Shown: one piece after another, positions 1 to 13,324 of the stretch
Numbering within the stretch: position 1 is the first letter of the stretch
Layout: each line of letters opens with the position of its first letter
NCBI GenBank assembly: GCA_964252035.1
Contig: OZ176200.1
DNA: 64,000 nucleotides
Strand: one strand, 5' to 3'
From: Podarcis erhardii
Taxonomy: Eukaryota
Notes under the pieces: generated by a model
What the model was told of the DNA's origin: nothing
Databases searched by the model: none
The model's input: the letters and a program-made list of their open reading frames with translations, nothing else
Program-made: the position numbers and the translations under genes

Positions 1-140
1 AGAGATACATGAAAGTTTAACTCTGTTGAGTGGACAATATGAAACTGGCTGTATTATTATAGATTGAACTACTTTAGAACCCAACAATGCTCAAGTCACA
101 GGGGATCCAACCCTGTTATGTTTTGTGAAACTCATCTTAG

Positions 141-177
141 CTACTGCTACAACTGCTACTACTACTACTACTACTAC
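141..177. repeat. Imperfect (CTA)n microsatellite
   Basis: ctactgctacaactgctactactactactactactac. Confidence 0.9.
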
Positions 178-3050
178 AGAGTAGTATGACTGACTTAAAA
201 GCTGGTTTTCATTAAGTCCCCCCCTTCCCCCCATAATTTGAACATTGGAATCCAGCACTCATTTGATATGTAGAACTTGCAAAATCAAAGCATCTTTACA
301 TGCCAAAGTCAGGATAGCACAGTAAGTTTAGGAATTAATAGAGAGAGGCTTGGTTTTCAAAGTCAAAGTTTAAGCCTCAGCTAATGTTTGTGGGTAATAT
401 ACTCCCACCCGCCCATGGTTGGTATTCTGGCATCATTTAATATGTATTCTTAATAAAGATGGGCACATTAGCATGCAATGTAAGGCAGTAGAAAACATCT
501 GGCATAATTCAAATCCTACCACTGCTCAGTTTGATATGGAAGATTGAATTACATATTTTAAGGAGGCTGTGACACTTTTATTTCTTTCAAATTTTATCCC
601 TATATTCTGAATTTGAAGGAAGCTTTAGAGATTGGGATTTGGATGTAGCAATTTTCCAGAGCAGCCCTCAGTTGATTGAAATTCATGTATTAAGCCATTT
701 TCTGTTACCTTATTTCTGCTCTTTCTAGCTCTTCTTCTCTTTCTGCATTTCTGTACAGCAATCTACAAATAAAAATAGTAACTATGAGATGGTAACGGCA
801 GAAGGAAAGAGAGAAAAGGAAACTAAATGGCTTTGCTAAGAATTTTGCATCCTAAAGTGAAGAGATAAGGAAGGGAAAGTAATGCAAAGAGTCATGCAAA
901 ACTGACATGTTCTTGCTATTAAAACTAGTACTGGGGCCTTTGTTGACATTTTACAGCTGGGGATGGTGTTTTGTGTTACTCTGGTTTGGTCAAGGTTTTC
1001 CATCTCTTCTATCGAAAGGCCAAGTTTACGTAAGATAAATCAGAAAAAGTATACCTATTACTGGATATTGCAGTGATGCACCAAGGTTAAAGTTATACTA
1101 GGCTTAAAGTGGTGCATTAACTTAATTTTGCAAGCAGTGCCTTCTACTTCCAAAATATTGAAAAGATGATGGCCCATGAAACACATTTCTTAGGAAAGAC
1201 TGTAGCTACCTTAAGAGGTAGCACCCAGGTGCAATTATGATTATGCTCATGCTAAGCATGCCCAAGGCTAGATTCCATAGCCTTTTGCAAACAATAATTT
1301 TATTGCACAATATATATGTAGATCTTACTCATATTTGCAGAGAATCCAGGCAGGCTTTCTCCTCAGTGCTGTTCCCCAGATATCACATTTTGCCAACGTG
1401 TAGACCACAGTTCTTTTGCCAATAGAAAACATTAATTTTATATTTTATCTCTGGCCCCCACCCGCCTAACCCATCCCCTTGCTTTCTTGTTTTGATTTGG
1501 CGTGTTGCGTGGAATGAGGCTGTACAGATGTCACAGGCACCTAGAAATGGCCATGACTTCACTGCTCACAATCAGTACAATTTTCTGCCCCTATAGCTGT
1601 GCATATTTTGCTTATTTGCTTAGAGGCTTATCAATCCAGTGTGGTCATATAGCCATTGAAAATAAAGACATACAATAGCAGCAGTAACCACCACAGCAAA
1701 TCTCTCTTATCCATCATGGTTAATGATATCAGCTTTTATTCCTTGTATATGTGTTAGTTTCACTCCTCTCCAGCACTGGAATATTCATATTCACTATTTG
1801 ATTTATGTACTCTGTCCCCAAACAAAATAAGCACCTCAGTATAGTGAGCTCCTAGTGTTGGATCGGGCTACTAGTGTTGGATTTAAATTATTAGTTGCTT
1901 ACTACAAAAGTCTCTAATGGAGCAATCCTAACTATAGAAAGCTAGCATAAATAATGCTGGCATGTTACAGTGGCAAAAGTTACCCCTATTCCAAACTCAG
2001 TTCAGAAGGAATAGGACACTCTTTGCCAGCTACATTGGCTGGGCTGCTGGGTCACTTGACTGAGCCAGAAGGTGTTTGTAAGAGGTGTAAGTCTCTCCTT
2101 GCTCTGCCACATCTCCAGAATGCCCCCTTCTGGGGGGAACTTGTGCTAGTGTAAGTGATACCGTCTTAAGATCCACCGGCTGAGCACCCATTGAGATCTG
2201 CCATATCCAAATTCTATCATCCCAGTGGATCCTAGGTTTCAATTACACTGCAAGTGACTTACAATCTTTTGGTTTTTAACTTTTTTGTAACAAAAAACAG
2301 AAGCTAAAGCATTCTGCACTACCAGGGCCACCTGTCCCTCAAGTGACAGCAGTGGATACAGGAAGACACCCAGACTATGGACCTTTCAGAATGAGTCTCA
2401 CCCTGCCAAGAGCAGATTGCATGCCATTCACCTGGTCAGAAGATCCACCTGCTAATCCCTCTTGGCTGGATTAAGACTCATGTCATTGGTTCTCATCCAG
2501 TTCATTATCATGACAGGTCACCAATCAGCAGGTCCACTGCCTACCTGCAGAAGATGACATAAGAGCTGTGTGTCATCAGCATGGTGATGACAGCACACTC
2601 TCAGACGCTGTCTAATCCCACCCAGCATTAAGTTAAACGTGGGTGACAAGTTCTGCACCTCCTGGAGAACCGAACCTATTGCAGCACTTTAAAAATGTTT
2701 TCCATACAGTGGATCACTGGGACTTTCACCCCACATTTAATTTCACTTACTTGAAAATAAGATGGGTGTGATTCTTAACTATATAAATAAGTGATCTGTG
2801 CTTTATAGTTTGAAATTGTACTAGGGTAGACATGGTGGCATTTGAAGAAGCTGTGGCCCTTGACGTTCCTTGTGGTTCTTTTCTGTCTGAAGAAAGAGGA
2901 TCTAATCGTCAGGCACCCTTTGGTAGCTTTCTTTCTGTGTTTCATGAAAAGGATATTATTTTGGGGATTTCATTCACTTAGGACTTTACTTTGAACTGGA
3001 ATTTAGTTTTCAAAGTTTGTAAGTTCCCTTTCCCCCCTCTAATTTTATAG

Positions 3051-3206
3051 GGTGATATCCATGAAGATTTTTGCAGTGTTTGCAGGAAAAGTGGGCAGTT
3101 GCTGATGTGTGACACGTGCTCACGTGTTTATCACTTGGACTGTCTGGACCCACCTCTGAAAACTATTCCCAAGGGCATGTGGATCTGTCCCAAATGTCAA
3201 GACCAG
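3051..3206 (+). CDS. PHF21A: PHF21A (BHC80) coding exon, PHD finger
   Basis: ttttatag|GGT...CAG|gtatt; encodes [52 protein letters not shown] (Cys4-His-Cys3), near-identical to human PHF21A as recalled. Upstream exons lie outside the window. Confidence 0.97.
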
Positions 3207-4931
3207 GTATTGTTTGACACAAAAGGGGAAGCCTCTCGCAATGGTTCTCTGCTTTTGACAAAATGGGTGGGGCACATGGCTTAGACTTTGAGAGGGTGAA
3301 AATATCTGACCTGAACGGAAATGGCCTCACAAATTCAAAGCCATCAAACGTTTGCTTTTCTGTTCCACATCTCAGGGTACTAAACAGCCATTTATTTGCC
3401 ATGGCAAAGCTCGAAGACTTACGGGGAAGATTCCCTTTGATCCACTTGCATGTTTATCTATTTCTGCTTCCACAATATATATATATAATGTTAGCTTCAT
3501 TCTACAATACATGTGTTGGAAAGTCCAGTATTTTAAGGTCTAGGACAAAGCTACATGCTGGAAAACCAATGTTTGCATGATAATGCAGGGACACAGGGCA
3601 TTTTACAGGTGAGAGTTAGCAGGCATGAGATAGATGCTCAATCTTTCCCCATAGCTGGCTTTGAGAGCAAAAATAAGCCAGGCTGGGGAGGAATGTTTTG
3701 TGATGAATAACCACATGATTAAACACCCATCTCCCACCCACCAATTCTCTTCTGGAAATGCCCCGCTACTCCTGCATTGCTGTTAACCAACAAACACATT
3801 TGTGGGAAATGCATGTTTGCCAAAGTAACATGTAGTTTTCTCCATGGAGGCTGCTCTTTGCTATCAGAGTGTTTTTCCTTTAGCTAATTAGATCAGCAGT
3901 TTGTGAATCACGAAGTCACAATCCTCTCTACTGGCAAGTTTTAAGATCAGATATGTTGTCTCTTCATTCCTGTTCAGCTTGTTAAAATTTCATCAGCAGA
4001 AAATGTTTGTAGATGCAAGGGAATGTACAAAATTGCTGACATGGTGATTAAACAGGCTTCCCTTGTGGGAGGTTTAGCACAGATGTGTGAGTATTTCATG
4101 CTATTAAATCTTGAGGGTCTTCCCAAACTATTGTGGAGGTTTTTGTGTGTGCAGTAAATGCGATGTTTACTTGCTTGAGGTGCGTGTTGAGTTGTGGATC
4201 AGGCATCTTTTTTGGATAATGCTTCTGTTGAAGAATTTCCCCAGTACTCAAACCTCAGTATTCTTTTGCTTGGAATTTCCTTCCCCCCTCCCCGCTCCCC
4301 ATTTCAGCATACTATTTTGAGTGCTGTGTATAAGCTGGTTGTGAATATCACAGACACATATGTTTTAGTGATTAGTAACACAATTCCCCTTCTTCCTACT
4401 AGTGCCTCACTGTTTTGTTATCCATTTAGGGATTTTTATTTTTTTTAATTAATTCTTTAGGGGCTGAATGCTTGCAAGCATAGAAATGATCATGTAATTG
4501 CCTTCATCTTGTTTTTTAATGTAGACTTTAAAGCAACAAGGCTACCCTTCCTTACCATTTCATGAAATTTGTGTTTTTTATTTAGTTCTTGAAAGGTTAC
4601 ATGTTATCCCCATGCACTTGATAGCACTGCAGCACAGTCTTCCTCTCCCTCCTTTTGATATGTGGATATAGTCTGGTTCATTTCTTTATCCCATTGGCCT
4701 CCCACATCCATCACATGTCAACAAAGCATCAGGCTTCTTGTCCCGGACCAGAACTAACAGCATCCCAAGAGTAGAACAGAGGGGGATTTTAAGTTGTTTT
4801 ATTGCCTGGGGAGGGCCTAAGAAGAGAATGGCATTGATTTTAATAGTTGTTGTGAAAGAAACCCTTTAGCGTGTGTCATCTTTCCTAGAGGTAGAACGCG
4901 TCAGCCAAGTGTTCCTTCTCCTTTCTTTCAG

Positions 4932-5007
4932 ATGCTAAAGAAAGAAGAAGCAATCCCGTGGCCAGGAACTTTAGCAATTGTTCATTCATATATTGCATAC
5001 AAAGCAG
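4932..5007 (+). CDS. PHF21A: PHF21A coding exon ([25 protein letters not shown])
   Basis: ctttctttcag|ATG...GCAG|gtaaga; 76 nt, phase 0 to 1; follows CQDQ in PHF21A. Confidence 0.96.
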
Positions 5008-5283
5008 GTAAGAAAATGGTGCAGGGCTTGGCTTGGTTTTCTTTTCTTTGGAAAATGTTACTTTGAGGAAGGGAGTAGGATGTTTGTTTTCAGAAGGAAA
5101 TTAAGAGCTGATTGAATGATAACCCCAGTAATGAAATGGATATGACAGCTTCATCTGACTCTCTTTATGTCTGCACCTGCAGCTTCAGGTATGGTCCAGT
5201 ACTGGTTTTCCATTGTGCAAAAGCAGCTGAGAGATCCCATCTGCAGGGCATAATTGATACAATTGATGTACTCTCTTTTACAG

Positions 5284-5387
5284 CAAAAGAAGAGGAAAAA
5301 CAGAAATTACTGAAATGGAGTTCAGATTTAAAACAGGAAAGGGAGCAGCTAGAACAGAAAGTCAAACAGCTCAGCAATTCTATAACA
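5284..5387 (+). CDS. PHF21A: PHF21A coding exon, coiled coil ([35 protein letters not shown])
   Basis: cttttacag|CA...ACA|gtaagt; 104 nt, restores phase 0. Confidence 0.96.
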
Positions 5388-5834
5388 GTAAGTATTGCTG
5401 TGCTAAATGATGGTTTGTTTATCCTCTGTGTTCCACTAGAAGCTACAGCTGTGAATCTTAGAAAATGACTGTTTACTGTGACCAATCACAGTATCAGTTC
5501 TGAGCCATGCTTCACCACAGCTTTGTCGTGGTGGTGTTTTATAAAAGTCTCAGTGGCTTCTTATGTTTGTTAGAGCTTCTTTTTCTCTGCTAAGTCATAG
5601 TTGTAATCTATATGCTGTAGTCGTGGCTGTGAAATAGCATTTGCTTTCTTTGAACTCTTTGGTTTGCTGTGTGGGCTATATTTGGTATGGGAGCTATGTT
5701 GTATCCACCAGGTGCTTTGACAAAGAATCTGTTTTTGCAGTCTCTTGTGGATCTTGGGATCCCTTTGCTTTCTTGTTTGGGCCTTTTTTTTATGAGCGCA
5801 CTCATTAATGCAATGTCGTTCCAATCTGCTTCAG

Positions 5835-6092
5835 AAATGTATGGAAATGAAGAACACCATCCTGGCAAAACAGAAGGAAATGCACAGTTCATTGGAGAAG
5901 GTAAAACAGTTAATTCGCCTCATCCAGGGCATCAACCTTTCAAAACCCATAAACTCTGAGGGCAGTTCCGTCGCCATCTCCAATGGCATGGACTCCACCA
6001 ATAACGCAAAGGCTGCCGCCGCCTCCACCCCAGCCTCTTCCCCCTCCCAGAGCTGCATGGTGAACTGTACCAAGGGCGACGAGACTAAATAA
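5835..6092 (+). CDS. PHF21A: PHF21A last coding exon ([30 protein letters not shown]...KGDETK*)
   Basis: ctgcttcag|AAA; stop TAA ends at 6092; C-terminus resembles human ...QGEETK. Confidence 0.95.
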   Translation, partial: KCMEMKNTILAKQKEMHSSLEKVKQLIRLIQGINLSKPINSEGSSVAISNGMDSTNNAKAAAASTPASSPSQSCMVNCTKGDETK

Positions 6093-6294
6093 CATAGCAC
6101 AGGAAGAAGGAGCCGGGGGAGATGGCGGCGAGGCAGAAGAGCAAAACAATAAAACTCTAGAAAAGAAAAGCTGGATTTCTTCTGGAAAGCGCAGAACTCT
6201 TTGGTTCCAGAAAGAGCGCGAAGAGGCTTGTGCCAGGCAGCACCAGAGTTGCCAATCGATCCTCCTTATTCTGTGTGTACGTGCAAAGTTTGGA

Positions 6295-6470
6295 NNNNNN
6301 NNNNNNNNNNNNNNNNNNNNNNNNNNNNNNNNNNNNNNNNNNNNNNNNNNNNNNNNNNNNNNNNNNNNNNNNNNNNNNNNNNNNNNNNNNNNNNNNNNNN
6401 NNNNNNNNNNNNNNNNNNNNNNNNNNNNNNNNNNNNNNNNNNNNNNNNNNNNNNNNNNNNNNNNNNNNNN
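6295..6470. other. Assembly gap (176 N)
   Basis: Run of N. Confidence 1.
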
Positions 6471-7293
6471 GGGAGGAGGAGCAGGTTTCAAATCTTATCT
6501 GCAGACCAGTTTGTTTAGCTAAGGAAACTTCAAGTCCAAAGAGCCTGTGGGCTTTTCCTGTTTCTGAATTCTCCGTACTACTAAACCAAAAATCCAGAAA
6601 TATGAATTAACAAGTCCTAGGGTCCAGAGGGGGTGGGGTAGTGGGAGTGGGGACCAAGCCTATCCAATAAGCAGTATTCACTATTGTTTTGACAGGAGAG
6701 ACAAAAAGGAATGGGGAAGGGTTTTTCACTAAGTATCTAGTGCACACTCAGGCTGGGGATTACTAGATTGGCAGCTTTGGGTTTATCCACTTTTTTTTCC
6801 AAATAGACAAGTGAAATAAATTGCTGGTTTGGGCATCACATTGGCCCAGGAAGCTTTTGCTGAGGAAAAGGAGAAGGGAGGGGGACTAATATAATCAGCC
6901 TGGGGTTTCAGAAAAGCGGGTCACGACTGAAATGAAAATTCCAACTTTTTTTTTTTTTGTACACTTGTCAAGCAAAAGTGATATTCCAAACAGTACAGCA
7001 CATATCCCAAACATATGGCCCAAATAGTAAAAAAAAACTAAAAAAAATTAAAATGCCTGTTTCCTTTGTTTCCTTTCTCTTTTGGTTACAAATGTAAGGA
7101 ATAGAAAAGCTGTTTTTTTCAGGCTGACAGTCCGATTAAAGAGGTAGATGGGACCTTGCATGGTATAGATTAGAAGTAATAGTGTCAGTGAGATACAGTG
7201 AGTCTTTGTGAGTCCGTGTGTCATCGTTTTGGGCACTGTTTTTTATGCAAGGGCAAAATCTTTGTATCTGGGGGAAAAACAACTTTTTTAAAT

Positions 7294-7444
7294 NNNNNNN
7301 NNNNNNNNNNNNNNNNNNNNNNNNNNNNNNNNNNNNNNNNNNNNNNNNNNNNNNNNNNNNNNNNNNNNNNNNNNNNNNNNNNNNNNNNNNNNNNNNNNNN
7401 NNNNNNNNNNNNNNNNNNNNNNNNNNNNNNNNNNNNNNNNNNNN
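7294..7444. other. Assembly gap (151 N)
   Basis: Run of N. Confidence 1.
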
Positions 7445-10400
7445 TTAGAATTTTTTAACACAGGTTTTGCTTATGATGTTGCCATTCTGCTGTGTTTCTG
7501 TTTGAAAAATGCCTTGGGGGTGAGTGTCGAGAGATTGTCATGCCATTCAAATAGCCTGTGGGGTTGAACTGCATCCAGTCTGCAAACCTTCCTCCAAGTG
7601 GTGGAATTTCTCCTCTGTTAAGCTCTCCTAATTAACTCTTGTGCTTAAAAGCACAAGAGAGCATTGGCAGCATTTAAAAATCTTTGTCGTTATAGCACCT
7701 AGATTATAGGGAGAACGTGGAGACAAAGGATTTTAGCGTTGAGATCTGGCTCTGCTTAGCACAGCTTGTCTGTCTTCTGAAGCAAATTGTCGCAGTAATT
7801 TCATGCTATTAAAATGCTGGTGCTGGACATGAGATGAGCGAGTCTGAAATAGCCACCTTTGCATAGACAAGTGCAAACGGCCAATATTTCATACCCTTTC
7901 ACTTCCATGGCAGCACTCATGTTGGCGTAAGTCATGGCAGTCAGCCCGGGTCCATGTTAGAAAGTCTCTCCTCTGTCAGACAGCCAGTGATGGTGCTGCC
8001 ATGCTTTTACTATTCTGTGTTGAAGAACTATGCATCCTAATGCACTTTATTTACATAATCACCTGAATTTTGTTCCTGCCACTCATGGTTTGTGGTGGTT
8101 TCTTTACTTCTAGCCTCCAGTCTTGTCCCTCAAGGACTCCTCAGTGACACTCAGTTATGCTCACGGTCCAGCAGCTGATTTTTTATCACTATACATATCA
8201 GTGAAGAGTAAGGACAATTCGTGTCAAATAGCCTTAGCTTTACGTTTGAAAAAGATCAGGCCTTACCATTTGACTTTTGATACTCCGTAGTGAAGTTGGC
8301 AGCTTTCTAAGTACCTGGTGTTATTAGCAAGTAAAGCCAGAAGGCAGCCAATCAGGAAAATTGCTCAGAGGAAATAACACTTTTTATAGCAATACACAGA
8401 GCAAAATATCGTTGGGGGCATGTTTGAGAGGCCTTTTCATCTTGTGACCTACCAAGACAAATGTAGCCCACCAGATCCCTGATAATCCTCCTGGTTTTGC
8501 CTGCCTTTGAGTGCAGCAAACAAGCAACCGTGTGTGTTGGGTGGTTTGCATTTGGCTTGATGGGTCACGCAATTTGCAAACCTACATTTAGATATTCTGA
8601 GTGTAACGGGTGAAAAATAGACAAGTGCTCGTATTTCAGGCCAGAAGCTGGATTTCCAGCAGCAAGGAACAGGAGGAAGCCAATTACCCTCTTCTGGTTG
8701 ATAAATTGGTGTTGGCTGTTGACAGAGGCAGGCGAATGGGATTTCTGATTTCAGCTGTTCCCATGTTCATGTGGCCTTTCCTTCCCCTCACCAAACACAT
8801 TTGCCATCCTTGTTTTCTTTTCCCTTAAAGCCATAGGTTTGTTCAGAATGGCCACACATGCATGAATTTGGGCAATGGCCATCATGCCCTCTTAGCCTAT
8901 GATGTAAGGTGCAGGGAGTGCAGAACTATTCGCTTTATCTTAAACATGGAACAGGTGCCAAAAATAGTGATCTTGTGTTGAATTCTCTGCCTCCTTTGTG
9001 TTCTGCAAACCCTGCAGTGTCGTCAGGTCATGAAAAGTTGTACCACACAGTGCAGAGAGGGAAGACGAGAGCTCAGTGCAAGGCAGTTGTAAGGGGAAGG
9101 GGAAGAGAGTCATGTGTTGATCTGCCCTGAGGAAGGGGCATTTGTCTGCTACCTTCCACTTTTAAGCAATTTAAAAACTGTGCCTCAGCAAAGTAGTATT
9201 AATAACATGCTACCTTTATGCCCCCACAATGGGGCTCACAGTTAACCCCTGGTACTTTCTGAAGGGAAAACAATTTATTATACTAAGGTCTCCCATGTGT
9301 TGAAACCTTGCTTTGGATTTAGCCATGGGGTTTTTTTGGGGGGAGGGGGGTTACTTTACATTTGGCCTCTCTTGACTAGTGACATCTGTAGTACATCTGT
9401 TGCTTAGCCCGCAGCACTGGAGTGATCAGCTAGTTTAAAGTGAAGAGCAGCAAGGTACTCTTGTGAATCTTTAATTGTGTCATTCTTCTGATTTTATGTG
9501 TACTTCTCTCCTTGCCCCTTCACCCCTGCCTCGCTGGCGTCTCCTGTCCTGGAAATGCCACCAGCTAAGTTTAAGAGGGATTTGGCTTCTGGAAATATAG
9601 CAGAAGGAGAAAATAAAGTTTGGGCATGTTTTGTCTGGCTGTGCAGAAAGATCCTTGCTTGGGTAGCAGATGTGTCAGATTTCCTTTTGCCTTGAGAAAA
9701 CGTAGGGGAACCACAGTATCTTTGTTCATCAGGGTAACAAGTTTGTCACCCTGATTTTCTTAGAATTCAGAAACATAATTAGTACTATGAGAGGACAGTG
9801 TTCTGCACCTGCTTGCATGCAGATGACATTGCCTATTCACATCCTACTCCTAAACATTCTGCAGGAGTTGCCTGCTGCTGCCTTGGCTCATTTGTGGTAC
9901 GCTGTGTGAATGTCAGGGTGTATGCTCATGGGCTGGTGCAGCAAAGTCCAGAGAGTACCCATCCATATTTGAGGATGCAGCTGGGAGTTTTTATTTGCAA
10001 TTGAAAATGGAAATAATGGATTGTGTGGTCAGACTCCATTAGTTGTTGTAAGGTGGAACCTATTTGAACTTGTGACTTTTCTGGTGCTAAAGAAGTCTTG
10101 TACCAGATTTAATCTTTTTTTTTTTTCTGAACAGACACTGTCACAAGAATAACTACAGCTTCCTAGTTGTTGGGAAATTGCAGCAAGCATAGCCCATGCA
10201 TTTGTGATTGGAAAATACAAATTAGAAGATGATAGGCAGTACTTGTGCAAAAACATTTCTCTCATTCGGCCCAACAATTCTGTGTACTTTCAAACCCCCC
10301 AGCCCCAGCACTGTAACATTGCTATTTTAGTCTGGTGCCCTTGGTCAATCCAGCAATACAGTGTTCATCTAACAGCGTCCCCATTCAAACAGGTTTGCAA

Positions 10401-12052
10401 ATGCAGCTATTTCCTGTGTCCCACACACTTCTAAGTATAAGGGGGAAGTCCCACAGTTGTATCTGGATCCAGGGTAAGCAGAAATGCCTCCCCCTTCCCC
10501 AATAAAGTTTAGGAGGCTTTTTTTTTTACTTGTTTTCTAATATGTATGCAGGTTACAACAATGCTCAATTATGTGCTAAATCCCGGTTTAACCCTCTGCA
10601 AATGACATTGCAGGTAACAAAAACAGAAAGGCCTAAACTCAATGACAATTACAGCATCTAATTTCCTTCCCATCAGCTGAGGATGATAAGAAGCCTCTTT
10701 GTTATGGGGTCTATAATTTTGCCCAGGTGCTCAGTGTTTCTTTACATGACCAAGAATGGACAACAGCAAACATTCCCAGGTGAAGCTGTCATTATCTGCA
10801 TCAGTGTTGGCAGCTTTTAGAAATGGCTCTGCACAGCACCTCCATTTTTATTGTGGTTGGAATAAATAGTTATTGACCCTGGTATTTATCATCCCCCTTT
10901 CCCTAGCACATGCTCCGCTTGAGTTTAGCCAGGACTCCCTTTGCAGCTCAGTTACGTGAGCCTAGAGGGTGAGTGTTGAGTCCACCATCCACTCCCCCAG
11001 CAGTAAGTGCTGTACCTGCATCCCAATCTGCTGGGGAGTCTGCCCACTCCACAGTGCCACACCTGTACATCCCCACAGTGAAGGAAGGCACCTTGTTGAG
11101 AGAACGTGCTTTAGCAAGGATTGGGCTAAGCTGGTCCTTCACTCTGCACTCTTCCTATGGGATTGAACAGCAGGGATCTACACACCCTTGCTGGTTGCAT
11201 TGGAGTCTTTCAGTAGTACACCAATTGAAAAGTCCTATTAGTGCCAATTTACATTAAGAACAACAGGCCTGTGAGAAGTGAACCAAGACTAAGAACGGGC
11301 ATTATCAATAAAGTTTTATCTTGAAATTGTATGTCAGTTTGGTCATATCTGAACTAGCAAATACTGAATAGTCCTTAGCTTTTCTACTCTGTCAAGTCCA
11401 AGTGGTTTGTTGGGTGTTACACTCACCTGTGGCTTATGTTGTAGTTTCATTCCATTCTTCGGTAGTAGAGGAAACGGCAGTGGGCTGCTTACTAGCCAAC
11501 TATCCCATCTGTGTCTCAAGACCATTGTTGAAGCCAGAATATTTCTAGTAACTGGAATAAGGACTCTTTGAAATAAGTGGTCTGTGAAAGAGGCCATGAC
11601 CATAAAGGGAAATTCACAACCTTTGTTTTTAAGGCAGTGGGTTTCTAAACCCTCCTCCCCCATGTACACTGATGTATTGATTCATACATAGCCAGCATCC
11701 TCCCATCTCTTCTTCTCCTGATGTTTGTGCCAGATAAACTCAACCTCACTCGTACTGCCTCTGCATCCATCCTGAGTTCCCATACCTTTAAGTGAACTGG
11801 GCACAATATTGCTTTCACAGATCAACACCCTGTGAATGTTATATGGATGCATGACTTCTGTTGGTTAGGTGGGTTTCTCTTTTGTTAAGTTTTTCTTTTT
11901 CTTTTTTTAAGAAATTGAATAGCCTGGTGCTCATAGTGATTTGCAGTCTCTTTGCTGCCTTCTTTTCTGTAGCCTTCCAGTCCCTTGTGGGTTTGGTACA
12001 ATTGTGTCTAGATTTTAGTCTATTAAGGTGGGAAGAAAAAGAAGGGGTCCAG

Positions 12053-12150
12053 AATAAACGATCAATTTGTATTTATTTAACATTTTACTAAATAAAACTA
12101 TGAAATCTATTGTCTCTAGTTGTTTATCATGCAGCTGTGTTCATGTGTGC
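12053..12150 (+). terminator. Probable distal PHF21A polyadenylation site
   Basis: AATAAA at 12053-12058 and 12091-12096, TTTGTA (UGUA/CFIm element) between them, and a GT/T-rich downstream element (tagttgtttatc...tgtgttcatgtgtg). Proximal AATAAA at 10501, 10861 and ~11306 could give shorter isoforms. Confidence 0.65.
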
Positions 12151-13324
12151 TGACCCCCCCCCCCCGCTTTGCTTTGTCCACACTGAAGCTGCAAACGAAG
12201 AGAAATGCGGCTTCTCCCATCAAAGCTGAAGGTTTAACTGCAAACAGGTACGTTGTGCCACACCCTAAAGGTGCAGACACTGCAGGCAGATCAATATTGG
12301 CACTTCCAGGATTTGGAAAGGCGGCTGCTTGCCAATCATGGCAGGGGTACTGCCAGGGAGCTAAGAATACATAATTGTATTAGGCCCGAGGCCTAATTCT
12401 GTCTTGTATTTCTAGTGTATGCCCCATATAAATAGAGAACACTCAGAGCTGCGTTTCAGCTCCCCTCTCCCATCCTTTCAATTCTCCTCACTTGGCCTTT
12501 TCCCCTGGGGCCCCATTGCAACAGTTTTCTTCACCATCGCGTGCTTATAGTATAGGCAAGAGTCTTTTGTCCATTTAGTGCTCTGCTATCCTATATTGAG
12601 CTCCTTTCTCCCCATTTTCAAAATCCTCCAATGCAATGTGGTCTTTTCCCAGCTGTACTGACCTTATGCTTCCCTCCAGTCCTCCTCATTCTACACTTTG
12701 AGGCTGTTCTTCTGAGCAGTTTGCAATATCTATGATATGACAGCTGATTAGCCACAAAAGCAGGTAGGGGACCTTTACAGCACGCCTGCAAAGCTGAACC
12801 TCTCCTATACTTATTATTTCTTGGCCTGTAGAAAAATAAAATATAAAGTTTTATAATGATAAAGAGTCTGGGCTTCAGTTTCCCTTCTTTACAGAATTTA
12901 AAGCTCCCTGGACCTGCAAGGAGAGTGGGCAATGACCTGAACTTGGCAAAGTCTACTGCAGTCACTGACAGCTTGGTCCTATAAGGGCTGTAGAGTAAGT
13001 CAACTGGGCTTCAACTTCTGGTAATAGCTTCCTGTATGGATTGTGCCAAGTGGGTGGTAACTAAGTTTTACTCAGAAAGTAGACCTGTTGAAAATGATGA
13101 CTAATTAACTTGTCTAAGGCTCCCTAACGTCAGTGGATCTACTTCGAGTAAAAGAAAGTTGGATACCATGCAGAATACTTTCCTGTCCCTGGCAGATTTG
13201 TGGGTTGTAGCCAAGAGTTCTCTGAAGGAATTGTTTCTCTAGTTTGTTCTCTCCCCTGTTCCTCATTTTCATGACTAGTAGAAATGAGGAAAGCATTAAT
13301 ACTATGTGGACATAATAACCAAAC

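Larger units (their letters stand above)
6093..12115 (+). other. PHF21A: PHF21A 3'UTR (probable extent, ~6 kb, contains two N gaps)
   Basis: Follows the stop codon; no recognisable transposons; ends at a strong poly(A) signal cluster. The end point is inferred. Confidence 0.6.

Noticed and set aside
1-3050. PHF21A neuronal microexon (ANEEHWPK) or AT-hook exon (GRPPKY)
   Set aside because: Neither peptide was found with splice sites; they probably lie upstream of the window.
5008-5468. In-frame intron retention extending PHF21A (ORF 5112..5468)
   Set aside because: Reading through the 5008 donor hits TGA after ~19 codons; the ORF is an exon plus stop-free flanks with a TTG start.
6201-7458. 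ORFs containing X runs
   Set aside because: Artefacts of translating through N gaps in the 3'UTR.
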